A DNA stretch of 64,000 nucleotides from an uncultured virus (IMG/VR IMGVR_UViG_3300003702_000449) (lineage: Duplodnaviria > Heunggongvirae > Uroviricota > Caudoviricetes). The position numbers and the translations under genes were made by a program. This document shows, one piece after another, positions 46,230 to 56,600 of the stretch. Each line of letters opens with the position of its first letter. Within the stretch, counting starts at the first letter, position 1. The notes below the pieces were generated by a model. That model made no database searches. It was not told the DNA's origin and was given only the letters and a program-made list of their open reading frames with translations. Where the stretch lies: the IMG/VR virus record IMGVR_UViG_3300003702_000449; one strand, written 5' to 3'.

Positions 46230-46769
46230 CTAACCTACTTTATTACTTATTTCAGTAACTACGCCTTCTAAACTACCCAATTTAGAAACTAGATAGAACA
46301 TAATAACTATAGATACTGCTCCTACACCTAAACTAGCAAAAGTTATCATTCTATTTGCAGGACTTCCAGCTTGATCCTTAGTACCCTTTACAATAAGTCT
46401 CATCCAGTTAGGATCTAATATGGATCCTAATTCCATTGAACTTAAATGTGTAGGAGTTGCTGAATTCCAATTTATAGGTTCTGCATTTCCCCTTTGATAT
46501 AAGGCACAAGGCATTATCTGTTGCATGAAACCAGGCCAACCAGTTGGATATCTAATTAATCTGACTGCATCAGGATGTACTATATATCTTTCATCGTCCA
46601 TAGTAACAAAGTCTCCTTGAACTTTTACAAGACTCTGTTTAGCTGATCTATCATCCTCCATTATCCAACAAAGCATCCTTCCAACAGTTCGTGTTCTCAT
46701 CCAGAAGAAAGCCGCTACCGGCAGTAAACCCATAACCATTATCATAAGTACAGGTCCCATAAAATCCAT
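46230..46769 (-). CDS. membrane protein (N- and C-terminal TM), candidate morphogenesis factor
   Basis: TM, soluble domain with Y..GN.EPI, TM; first gene after a promoter. Confidence 0.65.
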   Translation of the reverse strand: MDFMGPVLMIMVMGLLPVAAFFWMRTRTVGRMLCWIMEDDRSAKQSLVKVQGDFVTMDDERYIVHPDAVRLIRYPTGWPGFMQQIMPCALYQRGNAEPINWNSATPTHLSSMELGSILDPNWMRLIVKGTKDQAGSPANRMITFASLGVGAVSIVIMFYLVSKLGSLEGVVTEISNKVG

Positions 46770-46803
46770 CCCCCTTAAGTTTTAAAGAAATTTCCTCACC
46801 TCT

Positions 46804-46832
46804 ATTATATATCAGTTATACTTATTCGTCAA
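46804..46832 (-). promoter_or_regulatory. sigma70-type promoter TTGACG-N17-TATAAT
   Basis: Minus strand TTGACG aataagtataactgata TATAAT in an intergenic gap. Confidence 0.75.
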
Positions 46833-46871
46833 CTGGACTGTTTAATATGATATACAGACTTTGACTATAAA

Positions 46872-48233
46872 CTACTTTCCCTGACCCCTGGCTCCTCGTT
46901 TACCCTTTCCTCTTCCCTCTGTCCATTTGGGTAACCCCAACTCTTTTCTATAGTCTACCATAGTACCACTAGAAATTCTTAGATTTTCTATAATATGACT
47001 ATCTGGTACTTTACCAGCATGTTCTAAAAGATAGTCTTTTATTTCCTCATACCGTTTCTGATATTTAAGTCCTCCTCTTATTCTACTAAGACCTCCAATC
47101 TGTTTACCAAGTCCAACTATTCCCAACTTTCTTCTATGAACAGTAATTGTAGGAACACTTATATTGAGGGCATCAGCTATCTGTTCACTAGTCATATAAT
47201 CATTGTGACGTAGTATATAATCATCTATTCTCTTAGTTTCTCTGTCTCTCTTAACAGTCCTATAAGGCCCAAGTCCAAGTCTCTTCCTAGCCTTTGCAAC
47301 TACCCCTGAATCTATATTTAAGGCTTCTGATACCTCAAGATCAGTTACCTCTTCTCCAAAACTTCTTATATACTCTTCCACATCTTCTTGAGTTGTACCC
47401 TTACGTGCTAACAAAGTTTTAGAACGTTTTCCACCCATTTCTAACATAGATTTTTCTCTGGAATAGACACCAGCCTCTTCCATCCAGGTCTTTATTAAAG
47501 CATAACCTATATTAAGTTCTTCTGCTATTTCTTCTATAGCATCAGCCTGAGTAGTAAGTCCATCAAGGGTCTTTTCCTTAAAAAGTTCTATGGCCCTTTC
47601 TTTAATAGCTTCTCTTTCATCTACCTCACTATCATCCCCAACTCCAGTAAACATACGTCTAGTAGATTGTATCTTCTGAACCTGAAGACTTTGTGCAGGA
47701 ACTATTCTCTCTAAATCAGGATGATTCCTGCCAAAAGGACCCCTGCCTTCTTTCCCTAATAAGGCCTTTGAGACTTCTGGCTGAGATATTCCCAAATCTT
47801 TAACTATATCCTTTACAGCCTTTTCAGGATGGTCTGAAGCATAAGTCCTGACCTTTTCCCAAGTAGGTACAGAATACTTAGAACTTCTTGGACTTGTAAC
47901 AGTAGGACTATGAGCAAATCCACCTCTAGCATGTGGTAGCTTCCAACCACCACGCATGGTTCCGCCACCCATCTCGTGTTCCCACAAATCAGACTCAAAC
48001 ATTCCTACACCTTGTTTTTTAGGTGTAGTTCCCTCATATTGAGGATTGGGTCTAACTTCAGGAGTTGCTTCTATATCACCTATTCCTTCATAGGTTTCCC
48101 AAAGCCATGGATCTTTTTTGGCACTCATACATTCGGAACAGGCTACTTTACCTTCTTTTGTAATACTACCAGAAATGTCTTCAGCCTGACACTTTTGGCA
48201 AGGTAAACCAGTTTCCTCACTATAATCCATCAT
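46872..48233 (-). CDS. multi-HTH DNA-binding protein with N-terminal Zn ribbon
   Basis: CQKC/CSEC; about five HTH units, e.g. IADALNISVPTITVHRRKLG and VSEALNIDSGVVAKARKRLG. Confidence 0.7.
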   Translation of the reverse strand: MMDYSEETGLPCQKCQAEDISGSITKEGKVACSECMSAKKDPWLWETYEGIGDIEATPEVRPNPQYEGTTPKKQGVGMFESDLWEHEMGGGTMRGGWKLPHARGGFAHSPTVTSPRSSKYSVPTWEKVRTYASDHPEKAVKDIVKDLGISQPEVSKALLGKEGRGPFGRNHPDLERIVPAQSLQVQKIQSTRRMFTGVGDDSEVDEREAIKERAIELFKEKTLDGLTTQADAIEEIAEELNIGYALIKTWMEEAGVYSREKSMLEMGGKRSKTLLARKGTTQEDVEEYIRSFGEEVTDLEVSEALNIDSGVVAKARKRLGLGPYRTVKRDRETKRIDDYILRHNDYMTSEQIADALNISVPTITVHRRKLGIVGLGKQIGGLSRIRGGLKYQKRYEEIKDYLLEHAGKVPDSHIIENLRISSGTMVDYRKELGLPKWTEGRGKGKRGARGQGK

Positions 48234-48239
48234 AATTAT

Positions 48240-48728
48240 CTAATCACAGTGAGGACAAGTATCATGCCCAAAATGATATCTTTGACACTTTTCACACCAG
48301 TTAGCAGCTTTATGAGCTTCAAACTGCTCTCTTCTATGTATACGCTTAAGATCTTCTATCTGTTTAGTTCCTAGTTCCCGTTCAGTAGAGCTTGGAGCAT
48401 AGTCTACATCAGGCATATAGACTTCTATCTTCTTACCATCTCTATATAAATCTGATATAATTCTTTTAGTCTTCTCTGGAGACCAACCAGTGTGTCTAGT
48501 TACTTGAGTAGTAAGAGAGTCTCTTTCTATACCTTCATCAGGAGCCTCATCTAATATTTCCAGAATGATGGCCTGTTCTTGTTCCTTTCTAAATAAGTCA
48601 GCAGTCTCTTTAACACTAGAACCTGATAATTCTGCTTCTTGAAGATAGTTACGAATATCTCCTAGGAACTCAACACCTGCCTGTGATATTCTAATATTTG
48701 TCATAATACTCATCTGGTGTTCCCTCAC
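48240..48728 (-). CDS. permuted winged-helix family member with C-terminal Zn knuckle
   Basis: IRISQAG...IISDLYRDG; WCEKC...CPHC; start likely 48704. Confidence 0.55.
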   Translation of the reverse strand: MREHQMSIMTNIRISQAGVEFLGDIRNYLQEAELSGSSVKETADLFRKEQEQAIILEILDEAPDEGIERDSLTTQVTRHTGWSPEKTKRIISDLYRDGKKIEVYMPDVDYAPSSTERELGTKQIEDLKRIHRREQFEAHKAANWCEKCQRYHFGHDTCPHCD

Positions 48729-49134
48729 TGTGGTAGAGGGAATCCATACGCATTCTTTCTAATTTAGCCTGTTGATGCATCTCAGCAACTTCTTCAGGAG
48801 ATAGAGCAGTAGGATTCATAGTCATAAGAATATCATCTTCATCATATTCTTGAACTTGTTCTAAATACCTAGCCTCAAACAGATGCCTAACTATCCTATT
48901 GGTAAACTCTCTTGTAAGATTTACTACTGACCAATCTATATATGAATCTTTCTTATTAGTTTCTTGATAGGCATATTCATAGATCTTATCTGAATCTATA
49001 ACTGGACCAAATATCTCAAAGAGGGAAAGTATAGTAGCAGCATCTTCCATAGCCGGAGGATCATCACTTTCAAAGTCAGTATCCCAAGCTTTTTCCATAT
49101 ACTTTCTGCCTAAATCTGTAAGGGCCAACTTCAT
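48691..49134 (-). CDS. permuted winged-helix family member
   Basis: LALTDLGR...VRHLFEARYLEQV. Confidence 0.6.
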   Translation of the reverse strand: MKLALTDLGRKYMEKAWDTDFESDDPPAMEDAATILSLFEIFGPVIDSDKIYEYAYQETNKKDSYIDWSVVNLTREFTNRIVRHLFEARYLEQVQEYDEDDILMTMNPTALSPEEVAEMHQQAKLERMRMDSLYHSEGTPDEYYDKY

Positions 49135-49517
49135 TAGTCTAGAGCCTCATTTTGTAACTTGCGCTGAGCTGCCTTTAACTTCTTCACAATCTTACTGAGA
49201 CTAACCATATATAATCTAGCCTTAGTAACTACAGGCCAGTATTCATCAGGACCTATCTCTTCAGCCCTTTCTTTATGTCTACCTTCACTAGGTCCACCAT
49301 GGTCAAAGAACGTAAACTGTAAAGCACCTATAGCAGTCTCAGCTATTTCTATAAGTATATCTAGAGGCTGACTTTCTAAACTTTTTATTTCCTCCTCATA
49401 TTCCTCTAAGTCTTGCATCATAGTATCAGCACCAATAGTAAAATCTATGGCCTGATAAAACTCAGTCATTTCTCTCTGATTAAGAGGAGAAAATAAACCA
49501 CCAAATCTTTGTGTCAT
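49134..49517 (-). CDS. RFGG family protein
   Basis: RFGGLFSPL...LSKIVKKLKAAQRKLQNEAL. Confidence 0.65.
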   Translation of the reverse strand: MTQRFGGLFSPLNQREMTEFYQAIDFTIGADTMMQDLEEYEEEIKSLESQPLDILIEIAETAIGALQFTFFDHGGPSEGRHKERAEEIGPDEYWPVVTKARLYMVSLSKIVKKLKAAQRKLQNEALD

Positions 49518-49867
49518 TATTCGTACTGTCCAAAGTCTTTCTTAAAGGCTGAAGGTAACTCACTTAACTCAGTTACATCATCTACTCTAACTATAAGACC
49601 ATAATCAACCATATTATCAAATATATTATCTATAAGCTCTATACGCTTACCAGTTCTACTAAGGGCTGGAAGTACACTCTGATATATCTCTGGAATTGAT
49701 GAACCTTGCTCTATACCTATAAGAAAAACTTTTTCCATATTAGCCTGAATGGCCATACTAGGATCTTTGAAGGTTTTCGGATCCTTCATATCTCTACTTC
49801 TATAAACTTCTAAAGCCTTTCTACCTATATCTGTTACTTCATAAGTAGCTGTTATATCATTCTTCAT
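49517..49867 (-). CDS. permuted winged-helix family member
   Basis: YEVTDIGR...FDNMVDYGLIVRV. Confidence 0.6.
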   Translation of the reverse strand: MKNDITATYEVTDIGRKALEVYRSRDMKDPKTFKDPSMAIQANMEKVFLIGIEQGSSIPEIYQSVLPALSRTGKRIELIDNIFDNMVDYGLIVRVDDVTELSELPSAFKKDFGQYE

Positions 49868-49882
49868 TAGAAACTAAGTGTC

Positions 49883-50263
49883 CTAATTTAAGTTAATGGC
49901 CCTAAGATCCCCAGACTTTATTAGCCGTTTAGCCCCTTGAGCACTAACTGCATAAGGTACGTCTCCAAACTCATACATCTCAAATTGAAGTTCCCCTAAA
50001 GATACTGGTTCACCATAATCCGTTAGTAATTCTAAGAAACTAATGTCAATATAGGCACGCATCATACTAGGATGGTGGAGATGAGCAGAACCCTTATATA
50101 GTTCTTTCATCTTCTTATAAGTGTCTTTCCCCTTGTCTGTAATAATCAAGACTATATGATGGTCCCTATCATCAGGCATATCCATCATACGTATATATCT
50201 ATCAGCTCTATCATCAGCCATTATATACTCTCTAGAAACTGAATACCCGACTGAAGACTCCAA
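49883..50263 (-). CDS. permuted winged-helix family member
   Basis: LIITDKGK...AKRLIKSGDL; start likely 50221. Confidence 0.55.
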   Translation of the reverse strand: MESSVGYSVSREYIMADDRADRYIRMMDMPDDRDHHIVLIITDKGKDTYKKMKELYKGSAHLHHPSMMRAYIDISFLELLTDYGEPVSLGELQFEMYEFGDVPYAVSAQGAKRLIKSGDLRAINLN

Positions 50264-50618
50264 TTAAGGTAACTACCATACCCCAAATAACAGCTATTAA
50301 CAACGGACCCAGAATAATCCATCTGAAGGCATCGGCATAAGGATTATTTTCTAAGAAACTAAACTTAAAGAACAACATTTCGAAGATGCCACTAAAAAAC
50401 TCTTTAGTAGCACTTATCACACTAAAGGTATCTCCTACATCCTCAAACTTCACGTTCTTCCAGATTAAGATTTTATCTAAAGTTGTTTTCTCTGCACATT
50501 CCTGCTCTGCTGGACAGGTAAGCTCAGTCATACCTGGCTGGCCACCATCCATAGCTTGGCCCATGAAGGCCCCAGTTATCCAGATAAAGAAAATTAGAGC
50601 TAAATACTTAGGTGCCAT
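50232..50618 (-). CDS. small membrane protein (candidate virion envelope/coat protein)
   Basis: Hydrophobic N- and C-terminal helices; directly follows the giant surface protein. Confidence 0.65.
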   Translation of the reverse strand: MAPKYLALIFFIWITGAFMGQAMDGGQPGMTELTCPAEQECAEKTTLDKILIWKNVKFEDVGDTFSVISATKEFFSGIFEMLFFKFSFLENNPYADAFRWIILGPLLIAVIWGMVVTLIGVFSRVFSF

Positions 50619-50625
50619 TACTTAG

Positions 50626-53600
50626 CTATATACTCCTCGAGATGCCTACTGTTGCTATCCCTACAACTACAAACATTATTAGGTAATAGACTGGGAATGC
50701 TCCTATAGTTACTCCAGCAAGCAGAGCTATACCTACACCTACTATCGTTAGCATGGGATTACCAGTAGCCACATAAGCTCCCAGACCAAGTATTACTGCA
50801 ATAAACAGAATCATTACACCCAAAATAGTATTAGGTGTCAGACCCATAGAAACTGAGGCCCTATCAAATATATTCATCCATCCAGGACTACTAACAGGAT
50901 CTCCAAAAGCATACCTAGGATTACCAGCAGCATTTATCCCAAAACTTTCTATATCGCCCAATAAGGATGGATTAGCTATGCTACTTACATCAGGAACTAG
51001 TGCATCACCCGCAAGCTCAGAAGAATCAACTGTTACATTAACATTGTCTGCTAAGGGGAAAGATATACTTGTTGAGTGATTAGCATTCCCAGATCTATCA
51101 GGCATATAGTAACCAGGAGGATTATTTAACTGGTACCAGAGTTGATTAGTCCCATCAACATCATACTTTAAGTAGTCAGTATAAGGGAAAGGCTTACTAG
51201 GACTTACAGACTTCCAGAAGTCCCAGTTATCACTTACATCAGCTAGAACCCTATTAAATCCTATAGTTTCTACCGTGCCATTCCTCAGACCTAATATAGG
51301 TCCTGTAGCAATAGTTTCAATCGTATATATACCATCTGTAGGAGCTAAGGCTGCCTCCTGAGCATTAGTCCAGTTAAGACTTAGGGGGTCTAGAGCAGTA
51401 GCAGTAGCTGAACTATAAGTAAGAGTTAACTTAGGTACATTTGGTGAGTTACACAGATTATAGTCACTATCTGCATATAAGGCCGTAAAGGTTGTAGAAG
51501 TTGTGCAAGCCGTACCTGGGAATGTTATAGAATTCCCAACTTCAATATCCACAGTCTCAATAGCTGAAGGGGCACTGTTACCAATATCATCCTCATGTCT
51601 AAGCATAAACTGAGTTATACCTGCAGCATTAATAGAAGCTAATCCTGCAGCATTCAGAGGAATATCGTTATAGGCACCAACAACTAGAGTAGAAGCAGTT
51701 AATGCTGAAAGCTGTACTTGCACTGTATAATTTAAGTAATCATAGTCTCCAACAACTAAAGGTTCAGATCCAGCTGCTCCAGCTTCCACTAGGAGTTGCC
51801 AGTCAGTACCCACATTTACACTGTCTATATAAATAGATAAGGTAGCAGCAGTAACAGTAGCATCACTAGGTAAATAACTAGTATCAAAGTTAGCCATATA
51901 TCTATAGATACGATAGTCATTATCACTAGTCCCGGTAAAGTTATATGCAGCTATATAAGGACTAGCTGTCAGACCCACAAATAGAGTATCATCATTAGGA
52001 TGGAACCCTATAGATGTGGTAGCTGAGCCTAATGCAGGACTAGGATCATCAAGTTTGGTACCAAAGACTCCAGTTAGTGTATTAAAGTTATAAACTGTCA
52101 AGTAAGGACCAACAGCATGGGATGCTGCTAAGTTAGTAGGACCAGAAGTATTTTCAGTTAGCCAAGCTACTCCAGTACCAGCCCCAGGTAATGCAGTAGT
52201 AGAAATCTTTGTACCAATAGCCCCTGCACTAAAGGGATATACTTCTAAGTAAGGGCTAGTATCTGTTACTATAGCTATATGAGACCCATCTGGACTAAAC
52301 TCAATGCCTGTAATTACTCCAGAAGGTATGTTACCTCCAGCAGGAGCTGAAGACTTAGAACTCCAAGAAGGGGTGCCTGCTCCTCCATTAGTTATAGCCC
52401 AGACATGCAAGTATGGACTAGTAGAACATCCAACTGCAACAAAAGTAGCATTAGTATTAATATCTACAGCATTACATTCAGCTCCTGGAGGACTCGTAGG
52501 TGCTGTTAAGGTACTAGTCCAGAAACCAGCTATAGCACCAGAGTTATCTATATCGTACATATAGACACCAGCACTATCAGTAGTTGCTGCTACTACTATA
52601 TTATCTCCAGTACCTATATCAAAGCCATTAACTCCTATTGATCCAACAGAGGTAGGATTGGGAGGAGTACCACTTATAACTCCTGTTGCGGGATCGAAGA
52701 CATAAGCCCACAGATAATTAGCGTTAGCAGCAGTACCTACAACAAGCCTAGTTTTATCAGATGTGAACATTGCATCTGTTCCAGCAGCAGCAGGAATAGT
52801 TGTAGGAGGATTAGAAGAAGAATCCCATTCTTTGTCTACTTCATCAAAAGCTTGAACTGTAAAGTAGGGTAGATCAGTATGTGCAAATACTGCATAGTCA
52901 GATCCTGACTGACTAAACGAACCTCCATTTACAGTACTAGACCAAGGTTCAAATATAATCAGTGCATCAGTTAAGGTTGCATTGAGTCCTCCAGCTTCGG
53001 TTGCCTTAACACTCCAATCTCCCGTCTGGATTCCATCGACAAGACAACTTACAACTACTGAAGTACCTCCTCCAGAAATAGGAGTACATGTTATAGGAGA
53101 AGTAGGAGCTCCTGATTTGAAGATTATTACATCCTCGGGAGGTGCAAACGTAGGACCAGGTAATCCAAGTCCAGTTAAGGTTAACTCTAAGCTACCAGAA
53201 TTACCTGCCATTGTAGGAGATATACTAGTAAACCCAAAAGGTATCTGGTCAATGCTAAAATTGTAATTCTCAGGAAGTACTATATCGTCTGGTACAATAC
53301 CTGTTACAAAAGGTTTAATTGCACTACCAGGTATAGTTATACTAATGGTTTCTGTAGGTGTACTAGGATTATACAGAACATGGGGAAGAAGTGTAATAGT
53401 AACTCTACTATCACTAGTCCTTACTACTTCGGAGACGTTCATATCATCTCTAACTGAGGTATTCCAGTTAGTAGAACCAGCTCCTAAACTTCCTGTTAAC
53501 CCATTAATTATATTCTGTCTCTGAGCATCAAAGGTTGCTCCTGCATCTACCCAATGAGTACCCCAAAGGTCTAATACTATAGTTTCCCCACCAGATTGTA

Positions 53601-56600
53601 TAATCTGAGCGTCTCCTATACTAGCACTATTGTCACCATGAATTACTATTAACTGAGGATCCCTGGTAGTTCCACCATACTCTGCCATATTAGCAGTCAT
53701 ATAGTCCGAACCACCTGTAGTATTATATTTAGTACCTAAATAATAAGAAGACTGTCTTATAGTTGGAGGGTCGTCTCCACCAATATAATCTAAATCGAAA
53801 CTAGAACGTAGATTAAAGTAAGTTATACCCCCAGGATTAAAACTATGTAATCCTCTCTCATTAAAGGCCATCATAGGAAAATGTTCGTTCCAAACATGTG
53901 GAGCACCTTGGTTATATATAGAAGGTTGCATTGAAATAGGAAATCTATTACCTAATTCCGTATTGTACCATCTACCATCTTTAAAGTCTGATAGTGTTAG
54001 AATGTCTACATTACCTGAAAGGTCAGGTATGTTAGAATCAGTTAATACTACGGTACTTCCTAAACCAGATACGTTAGCAGAATCCGATGTGAATATTTTT
54101 AAGTAGGCTGAATGGTAACCTTTATTTGCACAGGGCTCACTATAATTTACTGTTAGTCTGGCACCTCTACCACCATCTTCGAAAGCCTGAATATCTACAT
54201 AGGCATTTAACCCTGTTGCGCCTTGTCTCCACATAGGAGCACCATTACGAAAGTGGTCGATAACTATCATAAAGCTAGAGGCACCAGTAGGGTCAATCGA
54301 ATCTATGCCTCTATCATTTAATCTAAATTGATTTTCCTTTGGTCCAAATACCTGTGATGTTGATATATCGTTAATAATCAAATCATTAGCAAATGGAGGG
54401 TCTCCTGAGGGAGTAGCAGTTCTAAAGTTTGAAACTACACTATTATTTGCTACATCGCCAGGACTAAAGCCTATTAAGCTTATATGTATAGGAAAATCTG
54501 CAGTTCCCAAAGTATCATATTTAGCACTTGCCTTAAAGTCGATATAAGCTGAAGTAATAATGGAATCGCTAGGTATACTAGATGTATCAAAGGACAGCGT
54601 AACGTCAGAACGGTCAGTATAGGCGTTGTTCTCAAAACCTAACTGAGACTTCACTCGGTTAGCACCTAAAGTCATACTAGTTTGAGCATCGTAAGGATGT
54701 CCAGGTGACTGGTTTGAAGGATCCCCTAGTATCTCTTTCCAACCTTGGTTCCATCCTCCAGATGTATGGTTAGAGGTGCTAAAGTTTCCATCTTGATGCG
54801 TAGCAGACGTCTGTGTAACAAGAGTGCCTGTAGGACAAGAATAATCAGGTAGACTAGAAGTATCGAATCCATAATACATCTTAGATAGATAGGACCAGGC
54901 ACCTGGTGTATTATCTTTCTGACTTAATTGAATTGCTGAACCACCACTTTGAGTATAATGAACTGTAGTTCCATTACCTCCGTACTGTAGGTATCTCCAC
55001 ATACCTGTATAGAAACCAGGTTGATAATTTACTATATCCCCATCCATACCTGTACCTGGGGCCCAGTTAACTCCTGTATAGAAGGTACTTACTGAGTTAT
55101 TGTTCACAGTAGAGGTATTATCAACTTCAGCACAGGGAAGAACATAGCGTACTTCTAAGTAAGGATCTCTTTCGAGTCCAGTAGGACCCCAGTTATCTTC
55201 TGCATTATATGCAGAAATACCATTCATTCTATTAGCAGCCGTCCACCACGCAAAGTCATTATCTATATCCATACCGAGGGCTAGTTGGAAACTAGTATTT
55301 TCAGTATCTTTCTTTATATAGTCTTTGCCTACATCAGTAAGGTCCCATACTTCATATCCGCCACCTCTATCCTTACCAAAAGACCCAACGTTAGGCGTCG
55401 CGTTCGCTACATGGAAAGGACCCATGTTCTCCATAAGCTTATCATTACTTAATCTCATGTAGGATGTACGATGCATATCCCCATTAGTGAAAGTAGTTTC
55501 TGATTGAGGATCAAAATCAATTAAAGCTAAGCCCTGTTTTCTCCAACGGTAATTTCCAAAACCTCCATAATCTCTATCATTGTAGTGGTAAGCATAATTT
55601 ATATAAAGTCCAACTCTACCTTCTATAATAAAAGCATCATCAGGTATCGCAGAAGTATCAAAACTAAACATCATCCTTTCGCCTACTTCATATAAATTAT
55701 AAGAGGCGTCTGTTTGTATGATAGTTCTCATCGGAGACCAGCTATCACCTCCCCCATTTCCAAAGTTACTAACATTACTACGAGTTATTTGATCCCAAGT
55801 TAGACCAGGATATCCTGCATTTTGAGTTTGACCATATCCATCCCAACTATCTTGACCTGGTACTCCATCTGCATCAGGATAGAATTTCATCTGAGTTGCT
55901 GGACACATCTTTAATGTATCAGTTGCATAGGTAATTACTAATTGAGGAGAAGGTTCTGATGACTCTGAAGTATGGAACCTCATTTCAGTATCTGAAGTAG
56001 CGGCATGAGCGTGCATATCATCCATAAACATAAATAGTTCAGTCCAGCCTGTTCTATTTACATGGACATTTGTCATTCTAGGCCAAGAAGTATGACCCAT
56101 GTTATTCATATTCATGGACCTAAGGGGAAAGGTCTCTAGAACGTTGTGACCTTGCTCACATATATCCGTTACAGCCCTTAATCTATGAGCATCATCTCCA
56201 GGAGAAGTTTTATACTGCTCAGCTGTCCATATATCTGTTGCATCTATAGGCCAATAACCTGTATAAGCTCCAGCAGTTTCACTTGACTGAGGATTAGCAT
56301 AAGGTTGCTTTCCATGTGCCCAACCTATTCCAAATAATATGTGCTGGTCTCCAGTTGTTAATTTAGAATGGCAAGCTAACTTTAAGTCTGCTTCTAAAAT
56401 CAGAGCATCATCAGGTAAAGATGAAGTATCAAACCTTACATGGGAAAAGTTATACCTACCAACACTATATTTAACTTCCATATCAGGCCAAGTTGTATTA
56501 GCGCTGCAACTACTTACAGTAGGAGCAGTAGCATAACAGTTTACCTCACCATCATCGGTACCACTTGATACACTGAAAGTAACAGTGGGGTCAATAAGGT

